64,000 nucleotides of DNA from Candidatus Hydrothermales bacterium (lineage in GTDB: Bacteria > Hydrothermota > Hydrothermia > Hydrothermales > JAJRUZ01), in contig JBCNUW010000006.1 in the NCBI GenBank assembly GCA_039630575.1, positions 13,780 through 77,779 on the forward strand, read 5' to 3'. The notes beneath the pieces are model-generated. The model was given only the letters and a program-made list of their open reading frames with translations. It did not search any database and was not told where the DNA came from. The stretch's first letter is position 1. Every line of letters begins with the position of its first letter. Below are positions 1 through 9,174 of this stretch, piece after piece. The position numbers and the translations under genes are program-made.

Positions 1-1
1 T

Positions 2-1744
2 TTTATTTCTGATGGAAATATTTTTAAAAATGGTAAAATTTATGAAGTTTTTATTGATGGTAGAAGGATCATTATAAAAAGAGAATATCCTAATTTAAGT
101 GGAAAATGGGAATTTTCTGCAAATGTAGAAGGTAAAGAAATTAAAGGAATATTTGAATTAAGGGGCAAGGAGGATAAATATACAGGATCACTTTTGATTG
201 ACGATAAAAAAATAAATATTGACAAAATAAAGTTATATTTGAATCATGTATCTTTTGTCTTTAATGGTAAAGAGTTAGGTTATGAGGGCTTTTTGAATTT
301 AACTGGTAAGATTGAAGAGCATAGGATAACTGGCCAGGGAACTTTACCAAAGGGTCAGATTTTTAATTACTCACTAAATTTGAAGGAGGATTTCAAAGAA
401 GAGAAAAAGGATGAGTATACAGAAAAATTTGAAATTGAGTCTTTACCTTTTTTCCCGCCTTCAGCTTATGGCTATTATAAATTACCTGAGATGTATAACT
501 ATATACTTGTAAAAGATGGAGTATTATGGACTGCAAGTGAAATGGGAATCCTTCAAGAGTTTGATATTTTAATAGAAAAGGGTATTATCAAAAAAATTGC
601 AGAGGAAATTAAACCACCTCCCGATGCTGTTATAATAGATGCAAAAGATAAACATATTACTCCTGGGATTATTGATCCCCATTCTCATATTGCAGTTAGC
701 GGTGACATAAATGAAACAGGAGATTTAATTAGTTCAGAAGTAAGAATTGAGGATGTTTTAGATCCTTATGATATTGATATATACAGGGTATTATCAGGAG
801 GAGTGACGACTGTAGCTACACTGCATGGGTCGGCAAATCCTATTGGTGGACAATGTGCTGTAATTAAGTTAAAATGGGGAGTTAAAAGTCCTGACGATCT
901 TTTATATAAAAAGGCAAGACCAATCTTAAAGTTTGCTCTTGGTGAGAATCCAAAACAGTCTGGCTTTGGACAAGAAAATAGGAGATATCCTAAAACAAGA
1001 ATGGGTGTAAGAGAAATTATAAGAGATAATTTCCTTGCAGCGAATGACTATGAGAAAAAAATAATAACTTCAAAAGAACCAGTAAGAAAAGATCTTGAAA
1101 AAGAAGCAATACTTGAAGTTATTAAAAACGAGAGACTAGCCTGGGTTCATGCCTATAGACAAGATGAAATTTTAATGTTTGTAGATCTCTGTAAGGAGTT
1201 TAATATTAAAGATGTATGTTTTCAACACACTCTTGAAGGCTATAAAATAGCAGAAAAAATTAAAGAAGCTAATTTTAAAGTTACAACCTTCTCAGATTGG
1301 TGGGCCTATAAATTTGAAGTATATGATGCAATACCTTATGGAGCCTATCTGATGAATAAAGTAGGTATCCTTACCTCATTGCACTCAGATTTTCCAGAGG
1401 TTGCAAGAAGGTTAAATACTGAAGCAGCAAAAATAGTAAAATATGGGGGGCTTTCTCCTCACGATGCTATAAAACTTATTACAATTAATCCAGCTAAGCA
1501 ACTCGGTATAGATAAGTATGTTGGCTCACTTGAAGAAGGTAAAGAAGCCGATTTTGTGATATGGGATGGAGACCCTCTTTCATCTTTAAGTAAAGTCATT
1601 TCAGTTTATATTGAAGGAAGGAAATTTTTTGATAGAGAGATGGATAAAATCCTCAAGAAAAGAGATGACAGTTTAAAGTTGGAACTTGTTAATCAATATT
1701 TAAATAAAAAGCTTAAGACAAAACACAAGGGGGATCAGAGATGA
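2..1744 (+). CDS. Amidohydrolase family protein, 5'-truncated by the window edge, probably with two amidohydrolase domains
   Basis: Frame is open from base 2 (FISDGNIFKNGKIYEVFIDG...), so the track's TTG at 194 is not the real start. Motifs PGIIDPHSH, KFALGENPK, HAYRQDE, SDWWAYK, TINPAKQLG, GSLEEGKEADFVIWDGDPL. Confidence 0.9.
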   Translation, partial: FISDGNIFKNGKIYEVFIDGRRIIIKREYPNLSGKWEFSANVEGKEIKGIFELRGKEDKYTGSLLIDDKKINIDKIKLYLNHVSFVFNGKELGYEGFLNLTGKIEEHRITGQGTLPKGQIFNYSLNLKEDFKEEKKDEYTEKFEIESLPFFPPSAYGYYKLPEMYNYILVKDGVLWTASEMGILQEFDILIEKGIIKKIAEEIKPPPDAVIIDAKDKHITPGIIDPHSHIAVSGDINETGDLISSEVRIEDVLDPYDIDIYRVLSGGVTTVATLHGSANPIGGQCAVIKLKWGVKSPDDLLYKKARPILKFALGENPKQSGFGQENRRYPKTRMGVREIIRDNFLAANDYEKKIITSKEPVRKDLEKEAILEVIKNERLAWVHAYRQDEILMFVDLCKEFNIKDVCFQHTLEGYKIAEKIKEANFKVTTFSDWWAYKFEVYDAIPYGAYLMNKVGILTSLHSDFPEVARRLNTEAAKIVKYGGLSPHDAIKLITINPAKQLGIDKYVGSLEEGKEADFVIWDGDPLSSLSKVISVYIEGRKFFDREMDKILKKRDDSLKLELVNQYLNKKLKTKHKGDQR

Positions 1745-3054
1745 AAAAATTTTATATTAACATTTTAGCCCTTTTAACACTATATGCAAATTTACAGATA
1801 CCTTCTGAACCCCAAAAAGGATATCTTGCCCTTATAAACGCTACAATTCATACAATAAAAGAAGGTGATATAGCTAGTGGTTCTATCTTGATAAAAGATG
1901 GAAAAATAATTGAAGTTGGAAAAAACATAAAGATCCCTGAAAGTGCTTTTGTTATTGATTTAGATGGAAAGCATGTTTACCCAGGATTTATTGATGCAAA
2001 TTCAATACTTGGACTTTTAGAGATATCAGCTGTTGAAGCAACTCTTGACTATGCTGAAGTTGGAGATTTTAACCCAAATGTAAAAGCCTTTGTGGCCATT
2101 AATCCCGACAGCGAACTTATACCTGTTTCAAGGTCAAACGGAATCCTTATCGTTAATGTTGTTCCACAGGGAGGTATTATTACTGGCACTTCTTCAGTTA
2201 TAATGCTTGATGGGTGGAGTTTAGAAGATATGATTTTAAAATCTAATTCAGGAATTTACCTAAAATGGCCCTCAAAAAAAGAATTTTCTCAAAGGTTTTA
2301 TTTAAGACCAAAATCTGAGGAAGAGCTTGAAAAGGAATATGAAGACAATTTAAAAAAGATCAGGGAATTTTTTGATAATTCCTATGCCTATTTGAGATTA
2401 AAAAATTCAGATAGATTATATGAAAGTGACGAAAGATTTGAGGCAATGATTCCACTTTTAAAAGGTGAAGTCCCTTTGTTCATATACGCTGATGAGTATT
2501 TTCAAATAAGAGATATTTTAGATTTTTTTTCAAAACTTCCGAATATAAAAGTTGTTATTGTAGGAGGATATGATTCATGGAGATTTTCCGAAGAATTAAA
2601 AAAGAGAAATATTCCTGTAGTGATAACAGGTATTCACATTAACCCATTTAGAGAGGATGAAGGTTATGATGAACCCTTTTTGTTACCTTACAGGCTTTAC
2701 AAAAGTGGAGTTAAGTTTTGTATAGCAAATTCAGCAAGTCCTTTTGCAGCTGCAAATGCGAGGAACCTTCCCTATAAAGTAGCAACAGCCTGCGCTTTCG
2801 GTTTACCCATTGAGGAAGGTATAAAATCTATAACACTTTATCCTGCTGAAATTCTCGGTATATCCGATAAAGTAGGTTCAATAGAAAAAGGAAAAGATGC
2901 AACACTTATAGTTACAGATGGAAACCCACTCGATATAAGAACAAACATTTTTTATGCATTTATTCAAGGGAAAAAAATTGATCTTGAAAATAAACAAACC
3001 TTGCTTTTTAAAAAATATCTAAAAAAGTATAAAAGTAAAGGTTTATTGGATTAA
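1741..3054 (+). CDS. Amidohydrolase-fold partner protein with signal peptide; HxH metal motif degenerate
   Basis: ATGA overlap with the upstream gene. MKKFYINILALLTLYA is signal-like. PGFIDANS replaces DxHxH. GSIEKGKDATLIVTDGNPLD present. Confidence 0.88.
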   Translation: MKKFYINILALLTLYANLQIPSEPQKGYLALINATIHTIKEGDIASGSILIKDGKIIEVGKNIKIPESAFVIDLDGKHVYPGFIDANSILGLLEISAVEATLDYAEVGDFNPNVKAFVAINPDSELIPVSRSNGILIVNVVPQGGIITGTSSVIMLDGWSLEDMILKSNSGIYLKWPSKKEFSQRFYLRPKSEEELEKEYEDNLKKIREFFDNSYAYLRLKNSDRLYESDERFEAMIPLLKGEVPLFIYADEYFQIRDILDFFSKLPNIKVVIVGGYDSWRFSEELKKRNIPVVITGIHINPFREDEGYDEPFLLPYRLYKSGVKFCIANSASPFAAANARNLPYKVATACAFGLPIEEGIKSITLYPAEILGISDKVGSIEKGKDATLIVTDGNPLDIRTNIFYAFIQGKKIDLENKQTLLFKKYLKKYKSKGLLD

Positions 3055-3057
3055 AAG

Positions 3058-4413
3058 TTATTTTTTTCTCTTCAAAGAAACAAAAATTCCTATAAGAGAA
3101 AGAAACGTTAGTAATAAAAAGGACACCTTTATGCTTTTTAAAAGTAAATTTAAATTAATTTCACTTATATTTTTCCCCCCTATAAAAGAACTAAGGATAA
3201 AAGTCACTATTGCTAAGCTAAATAGATGTCCCAAAACTCTCATTGTTGCAATCATAGAAGCAGAGATACTGTAAAATCTTCTGTCAACTGAGCTCATAAC
3301 AGAATTTATATTAGGTGGAGCAAAAATACCAATACCTAAACCCAGAAGAATAAGATTAATTAAAATAAATGAAGTTTTCGTTGAGTTTTCAAGTAATGTA
3401 AAAAGTACTAATGAGATAAAAGTAATAAACATACCAAAAGAAGCAACAAGACCAGGATTGATCTTATCCGATATTCTTCCAGAAAAAGGAGAAACTAAGA
3501 CCATAACAATAGGTTGAAATAAAAGAATTATTCCTGTTTCTCTTGGGTTTATACCCTTTATGTATTGAAGATAAAGACTTAAAAGCAAATTTACCCCGGA
3601 TGTAGAGGTGTAGTTTATAAAGGTTGCAAGGTTTGAAAAGTAAAAAACAGGATTTTTTTTAAATAAGTCGATTTCAAGTAGTGGTGCTTTTATTTTATTT
3701 TCAAAATTTATGAATAAAATTAGACCAAAAACTCCAATTAAAAAGTATAAAATTCCGTAACTGTATTTAATCGTAGAGAATCCATACACAAGAGCTATCA
3801 AAGAAAAAGCGTATATTAAAAAGCCCGAAAAATCAAATTTTTCATTTTTAAAAGTTTTAAAATTCTTTTCTAAGGTTAATATAAGATATATAGCTGTTAT
3901 AAATGAAAAAATTGAATTAAAAATAAAAAGACTCCTCAATACAAATTCCTTTGTCAATATTCCACCGAGTAAAGGACCCAAAGAAAGTCCAGTATATATA
4001 GAGGCAGAATTTATACCGAAAGCTTTACCTCTCTCAGATGGTGAAAATATTTCTGTTAAGATTGAAAGACCCATACCGAAAATCATGGCGGAGCCTATAC
4101 CTGGGATCAATCTAAAAAATATTATCAAAGAAGGTATCGAAGAAATAGATATAAAAAAAGAAGATAACGAATGTGTTAAAAGTCCTATTAGAAAGATTTT
4201 TCTTTTTCCATAAATGTCGCCTATCTTACCAAAGGGCAAAAGAAATATCGATAATGAAAGGAGATGAGATGTTGCTATCCATGACAAGGTTTTGGCTGAT
4301 AAATTTAAATTTTTACCCATATCAGGCAAAACAACATTTATGCTTGAATTTAGAAAAGGTGTAATGAAAGAAGACATACAAGCAACTAGGAGTATTGAAA
4401 TTTTGCGCTTCAT
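3058..4413 (-). CDS. MFS transporter, DHA2/EmrB-like (about 14 TM)
   Basis: Motif A (FGKIGDIYGKRK; SGRISDKINP), motif C (GLSLGPLLGG), hydrophobic throughout. Confidence 0.92.
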   Translation of the reverse strand: MKRKISILLVACMSSFITPFLNSSINVVLPDMGKNLNLSAKTLSWIATSHLLSLSIFLLPFGKIGDIYGKRKIFLIGLLTHSLSSFFISISSIPSLIIFFRLIPGIGSAMIFGMGLSILTEIFSPSERGKAFGINSASIYTGLSLGPLLGGILTKEFVLRSLFIFNSIFSFITAIYLILTLEKNFKTFKNEKFDFSGFLIYAFSLIALVYGFSTIKYSYGILYFLIGVFGLILFINFENKIKAPLLEIDLFKKNPVFYFSNLATFINYTSTSGVNLLLSLYLQYIKGINPRETGIILLFQPIVMVLVSPFSGRISDKINPGLVASFGMFITFISLVLFTLLENSTKTSFILINLILLGLGIGIFAPPNINSVMSSVDRRFYSISASMIATMRVLGHLFSLAIVTFILSSFIGGKNISEINLNLLLKSIKVSFLLLTFLSLIGIFVSLKRKK

Positions 4414-4433
4414 TAAGAAATTATAAAAAAAAA

Positions 4434-5231
4434 TTAAAAGAGTTTAAAAATGTTTGATATTCCAAGAATAATTATAATTAAACCTGTTGCAAATTTTAGA
4501 CTTTTTTCAGGTGCTTTTTTTACAAATAAAGCAGAAAAAGGAACAGAAAGGAGGCTGCCAACAAGTAAAGGAATTATCAATTTAAAATTAATATTTCTTC
4601 CCATTATGGCATAAATAGAAAAAGATACAAAAGATATAAATCCCTCAGCAAAGGAGGTTGTTCCTATTGAGCTTTTTACATTGCGACCAGAAATAATTTG
4701 ACCACCAGCAACAAGAGGTCCATACCCACCTGCTGATATCCCTTTGTTAAATCCACTTAAAAGAGAAATAAAAATAAAAGTTTTCCACTTAAAGGTTATA
4801 TTTCTGTTTAAATTTATAATGATGTATGCTCCTATTCCAGTTACCATTATGGCAATATAAAAAGTTACAATTTCTTTAGGTAAATTGATAGAAATTGAAG
4901 ATGAAATTATGGCTCCTATTACACCAAATATAACAAGAAAATAACTCACTTTTGCATCCTCTGATTTTGGAATATAACCAAGCCCAGAAAGCCTTTTTAA
5001 AACTACTTCATCTTTCCTAAAATCAAATCTTACATTACCAAATATATGATGAAACAAACCAGCTAAAATTCCTGTAATAAACTCTGAAAAAAGAATACAA
5101 GGGACAATAACCTTGGGTGAAAAACCAAGCAAAATTAAAAAAGGTGTTAAAGATGTGCCATATCCCATACCTATTGCACTATCAATAAATTCAAAAAAGA
5201 AGGAACTAAATATTAAAATTAACATGTTCAT
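4434..5231 (-). CDS. Sulfite exporter TauE/SafE family protein
   Basis: DSAIGMGYGTSLTP and GISAGGYGPL repeat motifs, SIGTTSFAEG, about 8 TM. Confidence 0.88.
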   Translation of the reverse strand: MNMLILIFSSFFFEFIDSAIGMGYGTSLTPFLILLGFSPKVIVPCILFSEFITGILAGLFHHIFGNVRFDFRKDEVVLKRLSGLGYIPKSEDAKVSYFLVIFGVIGAIISSSISINLPKEIVTFYIAIMVTGIGAYIIINLNRNITFKWKTFIFISLLSGFNKGISAGGYGPLVAGGQIISGRNVKSSIGTTSFAEGFISFVSFSIYAIMGRNINFKLIIPLLVGSLLSVPFSALFVKKAPEKSLKFATGLIIIILGISNIFKLF

Positions 5232-5263
5232 ACTCTAATTATACTCTAATTGTAGCCTAATTG
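5231..5263. repeat. Three tandem 11-bp direct repeats over the tauE promoter (candidate operator)
   Basis: TACTCTAATTA (5231-41), TACTCTAATTG (5242-52), TAGCCTAATTG (5253-63). Confidence 0.85.
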
Positions 5264-5267
5264 TCAA
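5238..5267 (-). promoter_or_regulatory. Consensus sigma70 promoter of tauE, probably giving a leaderless mRNA
   Basis: Minus strand reads TTGACA (5267-5262), N18, TATAAT (5243-5238), N6, ATG (5231). Confidence 0.85.
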
Positions 5268-5275
5268 TATAAGAT

Positions 5276-5485
5276 TCAGAGATACCCCAATTTTTTAAGT
5301 TTTTCTTTTATTTTATTGATTTCCTCCTTAGTGAAATCTTCTTGGTATTCTTCCTTTGCTGATGCCAAATCTCTGAGAACATAAACAATAAATTCATTAA
5401 CACTTGAAAATCCAGTCCCTTCAATTATTTTTTTTAGTTTGTGATATAAAGGTCTAGGAATTTTTATTGTTACCTTATCTTTCAT
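5276..5485 (-). CDS. Ribbon-helix-helix (CopG-like) transcriptional regulator with LKKLGYL tail
   Basis: N-terminal strand KVTIKIP, then LYHKLK...GFSSVNEFIVYVLR, C-terminal KEKLKKLGYL. Confidence 0.88.
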   Translation of the reverse strand: MKDKVTIKIPRPLYHKLKKIIEGTGFSSVNEFIVYVLRDLASAKEEYQEDFTKEEINKIKEKLKKLGYL

Positions 5486-8213
5486 TTAAAAATAATTTTT
5501 TTTCTATTAAAAAAATCTTTTTCTTTAAAATTTCTTTATTTTTCTTTTCTATAGTTAAAAAGTATTGGCCTGAAGCAAGGTTAAAGTTTAACTTATTTAA
5601 TCCACTTTTATAATTTTTATTTAAAACCCTTCTCCCTCTTAAATCATAAAGCTTTAACTTAAATGCAAAGTCCGAAATAACTATCAAATTATTTCCAATT
5701 ACATTAAGAACAAAGTCAGATTCTTCAGGAAATTCTGTAACTTTCTGATATCTTTCTAAAATTGATTTACCAGTTATTCTGTTTTTATTCCTGTCCATGA
5801 AAAATAGTGTATCAGGTGTAATAGTGTCTCCTTCTGAAACTGTTGGATTTCCTCCAGAGGTTGAGAATTGAATTAAAAAAATTGTGTCATTTAAAAGTTC
5901 ACTTCTTAAGATTTCACCGCTTCCACTTAACCATGAGTGGTTGAAGGATAACTTAAAAACTGAGTTAATATTTGAGCTATTCACATCATCTAAAATATTA
6001 ATTGGCTCTGAAAACTCAATTAAAGTGTGATCAAAAATAGAATTTGGGTTTACAGAGTAGGGCCTGAAGTCATAAAAAATTGAAGAATAAATTTTAGGTC
6101 TTTGTTTATCTAAAGAACCTTCAGTTTTTATTTTTTGAGGTATTATTCTGTTTCCTGCCAGATCTTCAATTTTATTTCTATTTGATATAAAAATAGAATC
6201 ATCCCTTAGAAGCGGCTCTTTTCCCTCACCGATAAATAAAACCACAAAAATTTCAGGAGATTTCCAAATTGTCTCTAAACTGTAGCCCTCACTTATCCAT
6301 GATCTGTTTTTCAATGGAAACCAGAAGTCAAGAGATTCCGGTGGAATAATAGGCATGTTTGTCCTCTCAGAGAAGATCATAATTACACTGTCTCCTGTTT
6401 CAACACCATCCCTGTAAAAGATTCCGTCAGAAAGTAGAGTTCTTTTTAATTTAGGTGGAATGAAATCATCATAGGAACCATAAATTAAAGAAGAGGAAAG
6501 CCTTTTGTTGCCCCATCTATCACTTATAAATCTTTTTAAAATTTTTATAGTATCACCATTCTGTGGTGGTACAAGAGAATTATATAAAAATACTTCTAAA
6601 GTATCAGGACTTTTCCATCTTATTGAATCGCTTCCAAGTAGTGTTTTACCACCTGAAATGTAAAATAAAGTATCAATTCCTGATATACCAATATAGGGTG
6701 TATCGGTTTCCTCACTAAAAACTATTACAAGTCTATCATCAAAATCAATTCCATTGTGTGAAAAGTTTCCATCACTTATAAAAGAATTTAATATGTATGG
6801 TCCTGTTGTATCTAAATCATAGGTAAAATAAATCCTGTCAACAAAGGGTGTTTTGTTATTCTCTGTTTTGTATATTTTTATTCTGTACTGAAAATAAATA
6901 AATTTGGGATTAAGGTGTGCAATTGTGTCACCATCTTGAAGATAAGGGACATAATTCCAAGATGTTGCAGTTTGAAGCGAATCTAAAGTATCTCCTCTTA
7001 TTTGGATTTTCACGTTGCTTATATTTTCTCCCTCTACATATACTCTTTTAAAAAGTGTTTTACCTTCCTTTTTGCTACGAGAAATAAAAATTGAGGATTC
7101 TATAAAGCCTGAATCTGAATAAAAAGATTTAAAAATTTTTGCCGGATTAGTTGTACCAACAAGGAGTTCATAATCAGATGTCTGAAATATGGTAAAGGCC
7201 TTTGGAACAGATCCCAAGATTTCAAATTTTTTGCCATCAGTGCTTCTATAGATCTTGTTGAGTGTTGCAGCATAGAGATTTTTATCTTTTCCAAGGGTTA
7301 AACCATTAAAGATAGGAGAATTGTCAAAATATATTGTAGTATCAATAATTTTTGTCCTTACATTAAAGAGCCTGACTAAACTGCTTTCTGCTTTATTTAT
7401 AGGTATATAGACATAGTCCGGATTTGATCTAAAAGTAACCTCACCTGCTTCAAAGGATTTCCAAAAGGGATAATAATTATACCAGTTTCCTTCAGGAGGG
7501 TTATAATCTGAATAGTATATATTTCTAAGTCCGCTTAAGTAAAATACACCCAAAAGGAAGGTATCTAATAGGTAATTATCAGGTACAAGAACAACTTTCT
7601 CAGCTGCTATACCAGGTGATATTTGATAAGTTGAATAAGTTGAAAAAAGGTCATTTGATTTTATAAACTGATAACTTCCTTTTGAAAAGGCAGTTATATA
7701 ATTAGGCGGAAAGTTTTCAATGAATCCGTATATGTTTTGAATACCACTTATCTGTAAGGGTGGCCATAACCAGCTGTTTGAATTTTTATCAAACTTGTAA
7801 ATAAATCCAACCTCAGCTGCGTATCTTTTTCCACACACAATGAAGAAGTTGCCCCTTTTTAATATATCATTAACAGATTCTACCATAAAGTATTGTGGAT
7901 AGGGAAAATCTGGGAAACTTTGAAGATTTATAAGGTCAGAGCTAAAAAAGATTTTACCAGTAGGATAAGATTTTAAAAAATAATAAATGTTATTTATCTC
8001 TTTTATCCTTGTAACTCTTGAGAGAGTTGAGGTATCTAATTGAAAAACTTGAAGGAAGCCCTTGTAGGTGAGAGATAAACTGCCACGAGGTTTATGTGTA
8101 TCAAGATTCACTAAATTTAAGTACTTAGTGGTATCGTAAAAATAAAACTGATTTCCTCCACCTTCCCAGTTGCCCTGTGCCCACATATAACTTATAATTA
8201 TTTTTATAATCAT
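5475..8213 (-). CDS. Large secreted/surface protein: propeller-like N-half, three Ig-like repeats, type A T9SS-like C-terminal sorting domain
   Basis: C-terminus KLYDLRGRRV...LASGQYFLTI...KKIFL. Start moved from 8249 to the ATG at 8213, which follows TGGCAA-N17-TATAAT-N6. Confidence 0.8.
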   Translation of the reverse strand: MIIKIIISYMWAQGNWEGGGNQFYFYDTTKYLNLVNLDTHKPRGSLSLTYKGFLQVFQLDTSTLSRVTRIKEINNIYYFLKSYPTGKIFFSSDLINLQSFPDFPYPQYFMVESVNDILKRGNFFIVCGKRYAAEVGFIYKFDKNSNSWLWPPLQISGIQNIYGFIENFPPNYITAFSKGSYQFIKSNDLFSTYSTYQISPGIAAEKVVLVPDNYLLDTFLLGVFYLSGLRNIYYSDYNPPEGNWYNYYPFWKSFEAGEVTFRSNPDYVYIPINKAESSLVRLFNVRTKIIDTTIYFDNSPIFNGLTLGKDKNLYAATLNKIYRSTDGKKFEILGSVPKAFTIFQTSDYELLVGTTNPAKIFKSFYSDSGFIESSIFISRSKKEGKTLFKRVYVEGENISNVKIQIRGDTLDSLQTATSWNYVPYLQDGDTIAHLNPKFIYFQYRIKIYKTENNKTPFVDRIYFTYDLDTTGPYILNSFISDGNFSHNGIDFDDRLVIVFSEETDTPYIGISGIDTLFYISGGKTLLGSDSIRWKSPDTLEVFLYNSLVPPQNGDTIKILKRFISDRWGNKRLSSSLIYGSYDDFIPPKLKRTLLSDGIFYRDGVETGDSVIMIFSERTNMPIIPPESLDFWFPLKNRSWISEGYSLETIWKSPEIFVVLFIGEGKEPLLRDDSIFISNRNKIEDLAGNRIIPQKIKTEGSLDKQRPKIYSSIFYDFRPYSVNPNSIFDHTLIEFSEPINILDDVNSSNINSVFKLSFNHSWLSGSGEILRSELLNDTIFLIQFSTSGGNPTVSEGDTITPDTLFFMDRNKNRITGKSILERYQKVTEFPEESDFVLNVIGNNLIVISDFAFKLKLYDLRGRRVLNKNYKSGLNKLNFNLASGQYFLTIEKKNKEILKKKIFLIEKKLFLNER

Positions 8214-8247
8214 TATAAAATTATAAAGGAAAGAAAAAAATTTTGCC

Positions 8248-9174
8248 ATGAGTATTAAGTGTCCTCTTTGTTTTTCTCAAAATTCTATCTTTTTTATAAA
8301 AATTAAGTTCTTAAACCTTAAATCCTACTTTTATCTTTATAAATGTAAAGATTGTTCACTTCTCTTTAATTTTCCAACATACAGCGATAGGGAATTAAAG
8401 AGAATGTATAGCAAAAATTACTACTTCTTTTTGAGAGATGAGATTTCCGAATTAAAAAGAGTTTCCCTTCTATATAAAAGAGTTTTTTCTAATCTTAACT
8501 TTTCCGAAAACTCAAAAATTATTGAAATTGGCTGCGGCAAAGGTTACTTTCTAAATATCTTAAAACAAATCGGTTACTCTGTCAAGGGAGTCGAAATATC
8601 AAAAGAAGCAAGTGTTTATGCCCAAAAAAAGTTCAATATTGAAGTTTTTAACGGATCCATTGAAGAATACACTAAATTTAGTATTGAAAAATACGATCTT
8701 ATTCTTTTAATTGATATAATTGAGCATATTAAAGATCCTCACTCTTTTATGAATTCCCTTAAACTTATCTCTAAAAAAGGAACTACACTTGTAATAGATA
8801 CACCTAATTCTGAATCACGAGATATTCATATATATAAGGAGAAATTTACAGGATTTAACCCCTACCATATAAGGCTTTACAGTTTGAATTCTCTTACTTA
8901 TCTGCTTAAGCTCTATGGATTTTCTATTCTTAATTATTTTTATTACAGCAATGGAAGTATTAATCTGTTTAGAGAAAGGCTAAGAAGTTTTTTATATCTT
9001 TTTCAAGTTAACACGATCTTTGATAAGCTCAAAATAGTTTTAAAAGAAACTTTCAGAAATAAAGAAAAATTATTAGAAGAAATTTTGGTTGAAATAAAGA
9101 ATTATGATAAAAAAAGTTTTTTAGAAAATTTAAAAGGAGATACTAATATTTTACTTTATGCCTACAAAGAATAA
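8248..9174 (+). CDS. Class I SAM-dependent methyltransferase with N-terminal CxxC-CxxC
   Basis: CPLC...CKDC; IIEIGCGKG; DIIEHIKDP; typical of glycan loci. Confidence 0.88.
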   Translation: MSIKCPLCFSQNSIFFIKIKFLNLKSYFYLYKCKDCSLLFNFPTYSDRELKRMYSKNYYFFLRDEISELKRVSLLYKRVFSNLNFSENSKIIEIGCGKGYFLNILKQIGYSVKGVEISKEASVYAQKKFNIEVFNGSIEEYTKFSIEKYDLILLIDIIEHIKDPHSFMNSLKLISKKGTTLVIDTPNSESRDIHIYKEKFTGFNPYHIRLYSLNSLTYLLKLYGFSILNYFYYSNGSINLFRERLRSFLYLFQVNTIFDKLKIVLKETFRNKEKLLEEILVEIKNYDKKSFLENLKGDTNILLYAYKE

